A stretch of 64,000 bases of DNA, taken from assembly GCA_963791045.1 (NCBI GenBank), contig CAWBQK010000017.1, positions 288,001 through 352,000 on the forward strand. The letters run 5' to 3'. Positions 28,251 through 39,192 of this stretch are shown here, one piece after another. The first letter of the stretch is position 1. Every line of letters begins with the position of its first letter. The translations under genes were made by a program, and so were the position numbers. Source of the DNA: Candidatus Latescibacterota bacterium. Lineage in GTDB: Bacteria; Krumholzibacteriota; Krumholzibacteriia; WVZY01. The notes below the pieces were generated by a model. It ran no database searches. It was not told the DNA's origin and saw only the letters and a list, made by a program, of their open reading frames with translations.

Positions 28251-30309
28251 ACTGAACCTTCTCTATTGGGAGATAGACGCTGAAAACCGACCCTTGGTCT
28301 TTTGTGCTTTCTACAAACAGGTAACCGCCGTGGCGCTCGATGAGGCTGTGAGACACGTATAAGCCGAGGCCTGTTCCTTCGTGTTTCGTCGTATAAAATG
28401 GCTCAAAGATCTTGCTCTTTTCCTCTTCCGTAAACCCAACCCCTTCATCCACGACTTCGATAATAACGAAATCACGATACTCGTCAAACAAAACATCGTT
28501 GACGTCATCGGGGAACCGGACGCGAACCTCGACCTTGCCGCCGTTCTCGCTCGCTTCGACGGCGTTTTTCAGAAGGTTTATCATTACCTGTGAAATCCTG
28601 TCCGAATCCGCCATTATCGGCCGGGTATTCTCCGGTATATCGGATTGAACGACAATTCCCTTCTTTTCGGCCGTGTCCTTTACGCTCGATATTCCGTTGC
28701 GAACTATCGTGGCCACGTCCGTCGGATGCTGTAGGAGCTCTTTTACCTGTATGACGTTCAGGATATCGCTGATGAGCCTGTCGATCCTGTTAACCTCGCT
28801 GAGGATGAACGCGATGTTGTCGTTGTGCTCGACCGCGATCCCACCAGCTCGTTTCAGATATTCGAGTCCGGCAACGATGCCGGTCAGCGGGTTTCTAATC
28901 TCGTGGGCCATGCTCGACGAAAATCGTCCCAAAGCGGCGAGTTTGTCGAGATGTATGATTTTCTCCTCCATGCGCTTGATACGCGTGATATCGAGGAAAA
29001 CCGCAATGGTGCCCTGGATCCTCTTCTCCTCATCGACGAGAAGTGAGGTGTTGAGCATGATGGGAAGCTTGCTGCCGTCTTTCTTGACGAGCAATACTTC
29101 CCTCTGGAATACCTTTTCTCCACGTCCCAGTGTTCGCGTAACCGGGCCCGCGGTCTCCCCGACCTTCTGGTCGACGATTATCTCGTCGATTAGCATTCCC
29201 TTTAGTTCTTCCCCGCGATAACCGGTTAGGCGTTCGGCCATTTCGTTGACGAGGAGGATTGTACCCTGCACATCGGCCGTGATGAGTCCGTTCATCATGC
29301 TGTTGATAACGTCGTCTCGAAAACTTTCTTCATACTGAAGCTCGGTGTAGAGCTGCGCGTTTTCGAGAAGAGTGCTGATCTGGAGTGCCAATGTTTCGAC
29401 GGCGACCAGGTCCACCTGACTGAGAACAGCGGCTTTGAATCCGTCGGTGACACCAACGACACCGAGCACGGGCAAGCGACCGCACGAGGGGCAGATGCCA
29501 TCTTCGGCGGATGACGGATCGGGTGATGGCGTCAGCGTCATCGCGCTCTTACGCAATCCATCCGGTTCGTTCTTGAGAAGACAATCCTCGGCTTTCCAAC
29601 AGTGCTGCGAAAACGTGCTCTTCACCATCGGTACGATAAGATAGGATTTCATCGTACTGTCCTCAAAGATCGGATCGTTCGCCGTCATCCCGATGGGGTG
29701 CATCTCCGCGTCTTTTATGAGTACGGGTTTGCGGGTCACAATAGATTTGCGGATTATTCCCTCGAGGTCCTCGAGCTTTACCGTACGTTCTTCCTGTTTG
29801 GTCTCGCCAAAAGCCTCTCGAAATGTATACAAATGGAACGCCCGCTTCTCCTGGTCGAAGATCCCAACGAAAATCTCCTTGAACCCAAGGCCTTTGGCCA
29901 AAAAGCTCTGGACCGAGTCAACAATTCTCGGTTCGTTCAAAGATGAAATGATGGTCAGGCTGATCTCTTTGAGACTGAGCAGCTGAATGTTCTTCTCGAC
30001 GAGCTGGTAGCACTTCTCTTCAAGTTCAGCGGTGACATCCTTGAGTGTGGTGATGAGAAGTTCGTCGATGTCTCTCGACTTTATGTGGTCCGAGCTCGGA
30101 AGACTCTCTATCTGCGCGGCGCGGGCGCTATCGACGATCGATCGATAGCGCGCACGTTTCAAGCGGTTGGCGACCCAAAGATGCGCCAGCGACACCAGAA
30201 AGGCGATCGGAATGAATATCCAGGGACTGAGTAAACTCGCAAGAATGGCGAGCCCCGCCGTGTATATACACACGTGGACCACGATTTGTCTTTTTGATAG
30301 AAATAGCAT
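28210..30309 (-). CDS. Sensor histidine kinase (TM-GAF-PAS-HisKA-HATPase)
   Basis: AHEIRNPL, NLLKNAVEA, DEGVG, FEPFYTTK, GTGLGL; PAS segment GTILLVNEMAERLTGY. Confidence 0.93.
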   Translation of the reverse strand: MLFLSKRQIVVHVCIYTAGLAILASLLSPWIFIPIAFLVSLAHLWVANRLKRARYRSIVDSARAAQIESLPSSDHIKSRDIDELLITTLKDVTAELEEKCYQLVEKNIQLLSLKEISLTIISSLNEPRIVDSVQSFLAKGLGFKEIFVGIFDQEKRAFHLYTFREAFGETKQEERTVKLEDLEGIIRKSIVTRKPVLIKDAEMHPIGMTANDPIFEDSTMKSYLIVPMVKSTFSQHCWKAEDCLLKNEPDGLRKSAMTLTPSPDPSSAEDGICPSCGRLPVLGVVGVTDGFKAAVLSQVDLVAVETLALQISTLLENAQLYTELQYEESFRDDVINSMMNGLITADVQGTILLVNEMAERLTGYRGEELKGMLIDEIIVDQKVGETAGPVTRTLGRGEKVFQREVLLVKKDGSKLPIMLNTSLLVDEEKRIQGTIAVFLDITRIKRMEEKIIHLDKLAALGRFSSSMAHEIRNPLTGIVAGLEYLKRAGGIAVEHNDNIAFILSEVNRIDRLISDILNVIQVKELLQHPTDVATIVRNGISSVKDTAEKKGIVVQSDIPENTRPIMADSDRISQVMINLLKNAVEASENGGKVEVRVRFPDDVNDVLFDEYRDFVIIEVVDEGVGFTEEEKSKIFEPFYTTKHEGTGLGLYVSHSLIERHGGYLFVESTKDQGSVFSVYLPIEKVQYGDSSEVSHPSSR

Positions 30310-30324
30310 AAAAACCTTATCGCA

Positions 30325-30354
30325 AGTCTACAACCGTCGAAACCCCGGCGTCAA
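30325..30354 (-). promoter_or_regulatory. Putative sigma-70 promoter of the two-component/lptE/holA run
   Basis: TTGACG-18 nt-TAGACT on the minus strand. Confidence 0.5.
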
Positions 30355-30426
30355 GACAACGAACGCGTCGACCGCGACCCGGCGTGTTCGTGTATTATAT
30401 GTCATATCAATAGGTTGCGAATCCAG

Positions 30427-31608
30427 TTACAAAACGAGGTACTCGGGCGCTATGCCCATACCTCCGAGGGTCGCCTCAATCTCGTCTTTATAGACAGGAT
30501 TTACGATGATCACGGTATCCGGTTTGATGTCCGCCAATCGCTCCGGAGCCACAATCTCCTGTCCGGCGCCGGCAATGTACATCCCGTGCTTTTTCGGATT
30601 GATGTCCACGACATGCTCGATAAAACCGGTCGACGCGAACAGATTCAAGAACGTAATTCCCTTCGATCCGCCGCCCCACACAACGACTTTCTTATCGGAC
30701 GACTCAAGTTGTTCGAGCGTGCGCCGCCATTGCTCTACGTATGCTCTATAGCCGCGGGTGAAACGGTCGATGACCGTTCCCATCGAGGGCTTCGGCGGGT
30801 TTACGGGCAAGCTCCCGGTTTTCGACACTCGCCCACCGCCGACCCTTGCTTCGATACACAAAAACTGACCGGAGAAGGTCTCATAAGTTTTGTCGACATC
30901 AAACCCGGCACGCTCGAAAACAAACCGGAGCGAACAATCGGTAAAATATGCGGTGTGCTCGTAGATGATGTCCCAGATAAACAGATTCTCAAGTGTGTAC
31001 AAGCCGTTCGGAACTTCAAAGAAGATCGGAATGCCGGGACTGGCATCAAGCGATTGGCGCAACGGCCCCAGCATCGTCATGGGGTCCCAGATGTGTTCCA
31101 GCGTATGACGTGAGCACAAGAAATCAACGCCCACGTCGGAATACGCGTCCGAAAAGTAATCTCGTATGATGCGAACGCCGGTTGGTTGATCCACAAGACT
31201 GTCATCGGGTGCGCTCGGATCAAATCCGTAACCTTTGTTATTCCCACGCTCGCAAATAAGGCGAAGGAACGTCCCATCGCCACACCCCACTTCGACGATT
31301 GACTTTTCGCGAAGATCAAAATCGTCAATTAGACGATCGGTGAGTTGTTCCGCATACGACCGAAAGACGGTCGAATGGTGGAGGGCGTTTTCGTACCCTT
31401 CTCCGTACTCCAGTTTTTGGGGATCAAAAGCCGTGTTGACGATCATGTCGCAGACACCACACACACCGAGGATGATATCGCCCCTCGGGCATCCCAGCGC
31501 CTCCTCGTGAGAACGGTACAAAAAGTTAATTTGTGTCGGAGTATTCCGCGACTCATAAATAATCGTCTGGTCACCGGAACCACATACAGGACACTTCGAA
31601 GCAGTCAC
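30427..31608 (-). CDS. SAM-dependent NDP-sugar C-methyltransferase-like protein (paralog 3)
   Basis: Zn-binding CPVC...CGVC, VEVGCGDG, RHTLEHI, IYEHTAYF, VVWGGGSKG, DINPKKHG. Confidence 0.85.
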   Translation of the reverse strand: MTASKCPVCGSGDQTIIYESRNTPTQINFLYRSHEEALGCPRGDIILGVCGVCDMIVNTAFDPQKLEYGEGYENALHHSTVFRSYAEQLTDRLIDDFDLREKSIVEVGCGDGTFLRLICERGNNKGYGFDPSAPDDSLVDQPTGVRIIRDYFSDAYSDVGVDFLCSRHTLEHIWDPMTMLGPLRQSLDASPGIPIFFEVPNGLYTLENLFIWDIIYEHTAYFTDCSLRFVFERAGFDVDKTYETFSGQFLCIEARVGGGRVSKTGSLPVNPPKPSMGTVIDRFTRGYRAYVEQWRRTLEQLESSDKKVVVWGGGSKGITFLNLFASTGFIEHVVDINPKKHGMYIAGAGQEIVAPERLADIKPDTVIIVNPVYKDEIEATLGGMGIAPEYLVL

Positions 31609-31634
31609 TTTGCGTTACTCCCCAACAGCGTGTG

Positions 31635-32816
31635 TCAAACGGTCATGATTCTGGGTGTGACACCCATGCCCGAAATCATCGTCGAGATCTCATCCTTATA
31701 GACGGGATTCATCACTATGACGGCATCAGGTTGATATTCGGCGACGAATTCGGGCGGCATGATCTCTTTTACCACGCCGGCTATGAATTTGCCGTGACGC
31801 CGGGGGTTGATATCGACAACACCGGCGATCTCCTCGTCCACGCCCAACGTCGTAAGAAACGCCACACACTTCGATCCCGATCCCCAGATAACGGGCCGTT
31901 TTCCAGACGATCCAAGCTCGGTCAGTGTGCGCTTCCAGGCTGCGCGTTGATCGGCGATTCCGGCCGCGAATCCATCCACCCACGCCTCGAGCGTGTCAAC
32001 CGACTCTTCCAACGGGTGTACTTTTTCGGAGGGGGCGTCCACGGGTTTCGCGTCGATCAGCAGGTACTGGTTATCGTACTCGAGGTAAATGTCGAGAACT
32101 TCAAAACCACATTCGCGAAAAAGCCGCGCAAGAGAACCGGGGCTGAAATACGAACAGTGTTCGTAGTACACATCCCAAAATACGATATCGCGGAGGACGA
32201 TGCCGACGTCCGGGATCTCAAAAAACACGACCGTGTCGAGGCGATCGCCTATCGATTTGCGCACCGTTCGTACGAAGTCTCTCGTCGGGTGAATATGCTC
32301 AAGAGTGTGCCGGCACATCACAAAGTCGCCGTTGTAGTGTGAATATTTCTCGGAATAATAGTCCTGGACGATATTTATGCGGTCTTTCGCCGGGCTGTCG
32401 ATCCTGTCCTTGACGCAGGCCGGGTCGATACCGACTCCCTGGTTGCCCCCGACCTCGCACATGAGGGCGAGAAAATCACCTTTGCCGCACCCGACCTCCA
32501 TTATGTTCTTGTTACGAACGTCGTATTTGTCTGTGAGGCTCTCCGCGAGTTTTCGAGCAAAAGCGTTAAAGGTCGGCGAATAACACTGCTGATCCTCGTA
32601 AAGCGGCGAATAGTCTTGCCCGCTGGCGTCAAACGCCATGTTGGACACGAATCCGCAGCGACGGCAAACACCGAGTTCGATACGGCCGGTTGGAAATTCC
32701 CGCGCTTCCTTTTCGCTCGAAAACATGAGACAACTGTGCACCGGGACTTTATCGACCTTGTAGAACGACCTCATCCCTTCGGTACCGCAGCTCGGACACA
32801 TTGTCGTAAGTTTCAT
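31635..32816 (-). CDS. SAM-dependent NDP-sugar C-methyltransferase-like protein (paralog 2)
   Basis: CPSC...CRRC, EVGCGKG, RHTLEHI, YYEHCSYF, IWGSGSK; start trimmed to ATG 32816. Confidence 0.85.
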   Translation of the reverse strand: MKLTTMCPSCGTEGMRSFYKVDKVPVHSCLMFSSEKEAREFPTGRIELGVCRRCGFVSNMAFDASGQDYSPLYEDQQCYSPTFNAFARKLAESLTDKYDVRNKNIMEVGCGKGDFLALMCEVGGNQGVGIDPACVKDRIDSPAKDRINIVQDYYSEKYSHYNGDFVMCRHTLEHIHPTRDFVRTVRKSIGDRLDTVVFFEIPDVGIVLRDIVFWDVYYEHCSYFSPGSLARLFRECGFEVLDIYLEYDNQYLLIDAKPVDAPSEKVHPLEESVDTLEAWVDGFAAGIADQRAAWKRTLTELGSSGKRPVIWGSGSKCVAFLTTLGVDEEIAGVVDINPRRHGKFIAGVVKEIMPPEFVAEYQPDAVIVMNPVYKDEISTMISGMGVTPRIMTV

Positions 32817-32856
32817 TTGATGTTCCGTTGAATGTGTTTGCGGGTGGGGTGGCCGC

Positions 32857-34125
32857 TCAAGAATTTGAATCGTTCTCGACCGGCCCGTCGTAAGCCCACT
32901 TCCCCGGCATGTAAACAACACCGAAGCGGCTTTCCATGCCTTTGCCCGTGCCGTATGGATCCGCCGACTCGACATCGAGCGCGACGCAGTGATCGAGGGC
33001 ATCGTACTTCACGCCGCCAAAACTTGACAACCACAACGAGACGAAATATCGCGAAGGCATCACGTTGAGACAATCGAGTGTCAAGTCGATGTGGCCCTTA
33101 CCCCGGGGAATCGAGGGGATCTCCAAACCGGTGGCCCAGGTGCTGATCGTAGTGACCAGCGTCCCCACATCGGTGAATATTTTGAAACCAAAATGCGGCC
33201 GGGTGATTTCCTCGTACGCCTCGAAGTAGAGTCGCACACGAAGCTGGTCGCCGCTTTGCACCAAAAGCATCGGGCGTCCGTCCGCGTCGATGAACTCTAT
33301 GCCGGTGTAGCGGATGGCTCCGTTGCCCCCGCGGCTCTCTATTGTACTCAGGTCATAACCCGCCTGGCGGCTTGCCGCAAACATGGACAGATACGACCTT
33401 ATTACGGTTTCGGAATCTCCGTCCTGACTGAACCTTTCCACCTTCGATCCAGATCGCTCTAGGGCAAAGATTCTCGACCGCGGCCATGTTGTGCGACACG
33501 AAGAGGACCGTCCGTCCTCCCATTCTCAGATCGTCCATCGCCTTGAGGCATTTCTTTTGAAACTCGGCATCGCCGACTGCGAGCACCTCGTCGACAAAAA
33601 GAACGTCGGGGTCGAGATGAGCCGCGACGCCAAACCCAACCTGAGCTTCATCCCCGTCGAGTATCTCTTGATAGGGGTATCCACGAATTTCTCCACCCCG
33701 GCGAAATCGATTATCTGATCCATCTTCGCGACGATCTCTTTGCGCCTCATCCCAAGGATCGATCCGTTCAAAAAGATGTTTTCACGCCCGGTGAGTTCCT
33801 CGTGAAAACCGGTTCCCACCTCGAGAAGTGACGCGACGCGTCCGTGCACTGTAATGCTCCCGGTCGTGGGATATGTAATTCTCGAAAGGACCTTGAGAAG
33901 CGTACTCTTCCCCGCCCCATTGCGTCCGATTATTCCGACGACCTCACCCTCATCAACATTGAACTCGACATCTTTTAAAGCCCAAATCAACTCTTTTTCT
34001 CTTCGGAGTTTCTTGAGCGGGTTTTTGAAAAAACTCACTATCGCTTCGCGAAGCATCGTCTCGTGCTGGAGCTGCCCAAGCTGATACTGTTTTGACAAGT
34101 TTTCTACAACAATGGAGTGTGTCAT
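32857..34125 (-). CDS. wzt: Polysaccharide ABC transporter ATPase with C-terminal carbohydrate-binding domain (apparent frameshifts ~33633 and ~33430)
   Basis: GRNGAGKST, LEVGTGFHEELTGREN, YSTGM, VDEVLAVGDAEFQKKC, LFVSHN and a Wzt_C domain spread over three frames. Confidence 0.9.
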
Positions 34126-34148
34126 GTTTCAATTCCCGGAAAGTCCGG

Positions 34149-34943
34149 TTAAATGATATCCGCGAATTCCCGCTCTGTTTTGGAGAAGTAAAACGCTCCA
34201 AAAACAAAAATCAGAAGTGTAATTCCAACCGAAATGCCCAACAAGGGCCAGTCGACGGATCGTGTGGGGAGCAATGACGCCCGAAACGCTTCTATAAGAC
34301 CGGTGAGTGGGTTGAGGGAAAGCAGAAACTGGATTTTGCTGGACGCAATGCTCGTCGGATAAATAATCGGCGTTATAAAGAGAAGCGATTGAATAAAGAA
34401 TGGAATCGCGTGCTTGATATCCCTGTACTTAACGTTCAATGCGGACAGGATCATCCCTATGCCGAGCGCGAGGAGCACCAGGGGAATGAGGAGCACCGGC
34501 CACAATAACAAGCCCCAGCCAAAGGGAATGTCATAGTACACCATCATCCCGAGAAGGACGACGGATGCAATGGCAAAATCCACCAGGCCGCTCAGTGTCG
34601 ATGCCGCGGGAAGGGCGACCCGCGGAAAATACACCCTTCTCACCAGGTTCGCCCCGCCGACAAGACTGTTGCCTGAAAGTCTCAAAGAGGCGGAAAAATA
34701 CGTCCATGGCAGGAGCGCCGCGTATGAGAAAATGGGGTACGGAACTCCATCGCTCGGCATTTTGGCCATTTTGCCGAAGAACAACGTAAAAATGATCATA
34801 GTAAAAAACGGCTGGATGATCGCCCAGCCGGCGCCGAGCACCGTCTGTTTGTAACGGATCTTGATATCGCGCCAGACCAGGAAGAAAAACAACTCCCGGT
34901 AGTCCCAAAATTCTTTGATCCACGTGCCGATCATGTGCACCAC
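34149..34943 (-). CDS. wzm: Polysaccharide ABC transporter permease
   Basis: LVWRDIKIRYKQTVLGAGWAIIQP, VYFPR, TPIIYP, LNPL. Confidence 0.93.
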   Translation of the reverse strand: MVHMIGTWIKEFWDYRELFFFLVWRDIKIRYKQTVLGAGWAIIQPFFTMIIFTLFFGKMAKMPSDGVPYPIFSYAALLPWTYFSASLRLSGNSLVGGANLVRRVYFPRVALPAASTLSGLVDFAIASVVLLGMMVYYDIPFGWGLLLWPVLLIPLVLLALGIGMILSALNVKYRDIKHAIPFFIQSLLFITPIIYPTSIASSKIQFLLSLNPLTGLIEAFRASLLPTRSVDWPLLGISVGITLLIFVFGAFYFSKTEREFADII

Positions 34944-34986
34944 ATATCATGAAGTCCGGACATAGATTGAGGAAGCGCGAACACCG

Positions 34987-36216
34987 TCAAACAATTTTGG
35001 GGGATGGAATCGGAACGATAAACCGCCCGCCCCGATCCTTGTATTCGGCTTGTTGTTTTATAATTTCATCCGCGAAATTCCACGCGAGAACCAGCACGCA
35101 CTCGGGGTTGTCCTCCAGAAGCGTTTGCGTCGGTCGAATCTCGATGTGATTTCCACCCATATAGCGTCCGTGCTTGAAACGATTCAGGTCCACGATGTAA
35201 TCGAGATACTTTCCGTCGATCCCACAGTACGCGAGAAGTGTGGTCGCCTTGGCCGCCGCACCGTAACCTGCAATTCGCTTCCCTTCCGATCTAACCTGAT
35301 CGAGAATTGTTATGAGTGACGTTTTGATCCCCTCAATACGTGCGGCGAAGTTATGGTAGTAAGCGAATTTCGTCATCCCGATTTCCGCTTCCTCACGCAG
35401 GCGGGACGACACCGACTCTTCGACTGCTTCGACGGGTTCGACGAAGAGACGAAGCGAACCACCGTGGATCGGCAGATGCTTGACCCGGTTGAGATACAAC
35501 CCGTGTTTGCGGAAGAGCCGATCGAGCGCAGTGACCGAAAAATAACATAGGTGCTGGTGGTAAATCGTGTCGAATTCGCATTGTTCCATCAGATCACGAA
35601 GGTAAGGCGCTTCTATCACCGCGACGCCGTCATCCTTTATTAGCGTCGCGATGCCTGCGACGAAGCCGTTCAAATCTGGAACATGGGCGAGGACGTTATT
35701 AGCCAGGATGACATCGGCCTGTTTCCCCTGGTCCCGAAGCCGTCCGGCGAGATCCTTGGTAAAAAATGTACACATTGTGTCGACACCGATGTCCTGGGCG
35801 GCTTTGGCGGGGCCGTCGGCAGGATCGATGCCGAGCACCGGGATTCCTTGTTTGAGAAAATTCTTGAGAAGGTAACCGTCATTACTCGCGAGTTCGACGA
35901 CCAGGCTGTCGGAGTCGAGTTTCCGTTCGGCGATCAGTTCTTCTGCGTTCTTTTTCGAGTGCTCGAGCAGCGCCGGTGACACGGATGAGAAGTATGGATA
36001 ATCCTGACAGAAAAGGATTTCAGGATCGACACTAACCGTAATTTGAACGAGGCAGCAGTGCGGACAAAAAACGAGATCGAGCGGCGCGGTAATTTCCGGA
36101 TCGCCCAATTGATCGTCCGTGACCAGACGATCGGCCAGCGGCGTCTCGCCAAATGACAGTATCAACTCGAGACCGGTTTTTTCGCACAGGCGACATTTCA
36201 AATTTTCGAGTTTCAT
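34987..36216 (-). CDS. SAM-dependent NDP-hexose C-methyltransferase (paralog 1)
   Basis: CRLC...CPHC, ELASNDGYLL, ANNVLAH, FDTIYHQHLCYF, IHGGSLR, GYGAAAK, LAWNF. Confidence 0.9.
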   Translation of the reverse strand: MKLENLKCRLCEKTGLELILSFGETPLADRLVTDDQLGDPEITAPLDLVFCPHCCLVQITVSVDPEILFCQDYPYFSSVSPALLEHSKKNAEELIAERKLDSDSLVVELASNDGYLLKNFLKQGIPVLGIDPADGPAKAAQDIGVDTMCTFFTKDLAGRLRDQGKQADVILANNVLAHVPDLNGFVAGIATLIKDDGVAVIEAPYLRDLMEQCEFDTIYHQHLCYFSVTALDRLFRKHGLYLNRVKHLPIHGGSLRLFVEPVEAVEESVSSRLREEAEIGMTKFAYYHNFAARIEGIKTSLITILDQVRSEGKRIAGYGAAAKATTLLAYCGIDGKYLDYIVDLNRFKHGRYMGGNHIEIRPTQTLLEDNPECVLVLAWNFADEIIKQQAEYKDRGGRFIVPIPSPKIV

Positions 36217-36242
36217 CGTTTCACCTTCCCCCGGGGATTCCT

Positions 36243-37277
36243 TCAGGCTCCCGGATTGCGGCGGCGGAGTGCGTTATCCAAATGGCCTTCCGCGATTAAC
36301 ATCCTGATATGATCGATACGTTTGTATTTGGGCCCCTCGAATTCATCGAGGCTGATCCCATGCGTCTTATAAGCTTCGTAGAGCTCTTGCGCACCCTTGC
36401 GCGCATCCCACACGGGTTTGAAATCGGGAACCACGGCGAGGATCTTCGAACAATCCACCCGATAGTTGCGTTTGTCGGGGCCGGCGTCATCGGCGAATCC
36501 AACTTCGCAATTGGGAACGGTATCCTTCACGATCTCGGCAAGCTCTCGTATCCTGAAATTCTGGTCGCTGCGTCCAACGTTGAACGCCTCGTTGTGCACG
36601 GTTTCGATCGGGGCCTCAAGCACGGCGACGAAAGCGCGTGAAATATCTTCGATATGAACGATGGGGCGCCACGGGGATCCGTCACTCTTGAGAAACACCT
36701 TGCCCGTCGTAAATGCCCAGGCAACGAGGTTGTTGAGGACGAGATCAAAGCGAAGGCGCGGCGACACACCGTAGGCCGTTGAATTTCTAAGAAGGATCGG
36801 ACTGAAATTGTCGTCTGCCATCCTGACGAGATCACGCTCAACAAGGACTTTCGACTCTCCGTATGGTGTCACCGGGTTGAAATCGGCGCCCTCGTCGATG
36901 GGATCGTCGCCGGCGGCTCCGTAGTTGCTGCACGACGAAGAAAAGATGAACCGCTTGACGCCCGCTTTCTTCGCAAGCTCGGCAAGCCTCACCGAGGCCT
37001 GATGGTTGATTTCATATGTGAGGGTTGGGTTGAGATCGCCGAGCGGATCGTTTGACAACCCGGCGAGGTGCATCACGGCGTCGATCCCATCAAGATCGGC
37101 CGGTTCCGCGTCGCGAACGTCCTTGAGAATCTCGGGCACGTCGACGATTCCTTCGCCAAACGTACAGTGCGCGTAAAGATCGCTGTCAAATCCCACAACC
37201 TCATGACCCTTTTCTAACAACATGGGAACAAGAACCGTCCCGATGTAACCTTTGTGTCCCGTCACCATCACTCTCAT
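36243..37277 (-). CDS. NAD-dependent epimerase/dehydratase (extended SDR)
   Basis: VTGHKGYIG, HLAGLSNDP, SSCSNYG, YGESK, RLRFDLVLN. Confidence 0.9.
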   Translation of the reverse strand: MRVMVTGHKGYIGTVLVPMLLEKGHEVVGFDSDLYAHCTFGEGIVDVPEILKDVRDAEPADLDGIDAVMHLAGLSNDPLGDLNPTLTYEINHQASVRLAELAKKAGVKRFIFSSSCSNYGAAGDDPIDEGADFNPVTPYGESKVLVERDLVRMADDNFSPILLRNSTAYGVSPRLRFDLVLNNLVAWAFTTGKVFLKSDGSPWRPIVHIEDISRAFVAVLEAPIETVHNEAFNVGRSDQNFRIRELAEIVKDTVPNCEVGFADDAGPDKRNYRVDCSKILAVVPDFKPVWDARKGAQELYEAYKTHGISLDEFEGPKYKRIDHIRMLIAEGHLDNALRRRNPGA

Positions 37278-37281
37278 TTTA

Positions 37282-38053
37282 TTAACTCCATATTTTCCAG
37301 GGTGCGTTGCCCGTCTGCCACAGTTCTTCGAGCAAAACTTTGTCACGCAACGTGTCCATGCATTGCCAGAATGATTCGTGTTTGTAAGCCATAAGTTGCC
37401 CCTCGGAAGCGAGTCGCTCAAGGGGCTCCCGCTCCCACTGCGTTTCATCGCCCTCAATATAGTCGAGCGCGGCGGGTTCTACGCACAAAAAAGGCGCCGT
37501 TTATCCACCCCTCATGGGTCTGTGGTTTTTCCGAAAATTCCACAATCTGGTTGCCGTCGAGTTCGAGATGTCCAAAGCGGGCAGCCGGCCTCACCGCGGT
37601 CATCGTAACCAGCTTTCCATGCGATTTGTGAAACGCGAGAAGTTCGTCCAGGTTCACATCGGCAACGCCGTCACCCCATGTGAGCATGAATGTCTCGTTC
37701 CCTATCCGGGGTCCCAAACGCTTAATTCGGCCGCCGGTGAGCGTCGACACACCCGTATCAATCAAATCGACCGTCCAGTCTGCCTCGGCTTTATTGTGAA
37801 CCTCGACCTCACCGGTATCGAGTTTTACCGTCAGGTCGCTGTGCAATGAACAGTAGTCCACCATATATTTCTTAATCACTTCGCCTTTGTATCCAAGCGC
37901 GATGATGAAATCCTTATGCCCGTAGTGATGATAGTGCATCATGATGTGCCACAGGATCGGACTTCCGCCAATCTCAACCATCGGCTTCGGTTTTATGATC
38001 GTTTCTTCCGAGAGACGCGACCCAACACCGCCGGCCAGAATTGCCACTTTCAT
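37282..38053 (-). CDS. rfbF: Glucose-1-phosphate cytidylyltransferase (apparent frameshift ~37482)
   Basis: [39 protein letters not shown]-terminal [10 protein letters not shown] in the next frame. Confidence 0.92.
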
Positions 38054-38087
38054 TTTTTCCTCGCTTCAAAACTTGTCGCCGACCGAA

Positions 38088-39089
38088 CTATGCCGACAAC
38101 CGCCGTTTTCCGCTTATCGTTTTTGTCGCCCCTACGAGCTCGGCCTTCAATCGATTCCTTTGTTGGATGCCCCATCTCAGCAGCGATCCCGAGCAATGAA
38201 TGCGGGCCGGGACCGGAAGGTCACAGCGCGTGATGGCTCCCGCGTATCCACGGAACCAACGCCAGGTTGGCATTTGAATTTTGCCCGCGCTCGCCGGATC
38301 GAACCAGGCTGCTCGTGCCTCGTCACTCGCATGTGCCAGCACCGAACGTTCGGAATGGTCCCTCCGATAAAACAAGACATCGGGGATTCTCTCCATCGTT
38401 CCGTGTAGCAGAAGTTCCCCGAGCAGGATAACATCGGAGCTATTGTATTTCCCTATCAACCCGGTGCCGGCGAGCACATCGGAACGTATAATGCCGAACA
38501 CCGCGTTGCACCACGGCCCTTTTCTGTCGAAGAGCCATGTCCTAAAACGCGCCGACGCATCCGCGTCGGTAAAATCATCGCGCTCGTCGTACTCATCGAT
38601 ATGATCTCCGTCGGTACCGATGAACATTGTCCGCGGATAACAAAGGACCGCCGAGGGATTTTCCTCGAGGCCTTCCATGCATCGCTCTACAAAAGTGGGA
38701 GCGCACAAGTCATCGTGCGACGCCCATTTAAAAAACTTGCCGTTCGAAGCGTTGAATACGCGGTTGTAGTTTTCCGCCGCCCCGAGGTTTTTCGCGTTTC
38801 TGATATATCGAACGCGAGGATCCCGCTCCGCGGCGGCCCGAGAAATTGCTTCGGTGAGATCCGTGGATGCGTTGTCGGACACAATCAGTTCGAGATCCAC
38901 ATAAGATTGCTCGAGAATCGACTCAATCGCCTGCTCGAGGTAACGCTCACCGTTGTAGACCGGAAGCCCAATGCTGACGGTTGGTCTCAATGTGTGACTT
39001 TCTGTGACGGCCGCTGAGTGGCCGGTTTGTTTGTCGAATTGTCGGCCGAGTTCAACGCCAGTATCCGTTTCCTCACTAGCAATCCTCAT
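38088..39089 (-). CDS. Glycosyltransferase family 2
   Basis: SIGLPVYNGE, SDNASTD, NLGAAENYN, FKWASHDD. Confidence 0.92.
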   Translation of the reverse strand: MRIASEETDTGVELGRQFDKQTGHSAAVTESHTLRPTVSIGLPVYNGERYLEQAIESILEQSYVDLELIVSDNASTDLTEAISRAAAERDPRVRYIRNAKNLGAAENYNRVFNASNGKFFKWASHDDLCAPTFVERCMEGLEENPSAVLCYPRTMFIGTDGDHIDEYDERDDFTDADASARFRTWLFDRKGPWCNAVFGIIRSDVLAGTGLIGKYNSSDVILLGELLLHGTMERIPDVLFYRRDHSERSVLAHASDEARAAWFDPASAGKIQMPTWRWFRGYAGAITRCDLPVPARIHCSGSLLRWGIQQRNRLKAELVGATKTISGKRRLSA

Positions 39090-39192
39090 ACCGGTTTACA
39101 CATACGTTTACCAGCCGCGAATGCAGTGCATTGCGTTGGTACTTATTATTCAACAACTATTTAGGGGAATTCGCACCGCAAGGGCATCCGGG

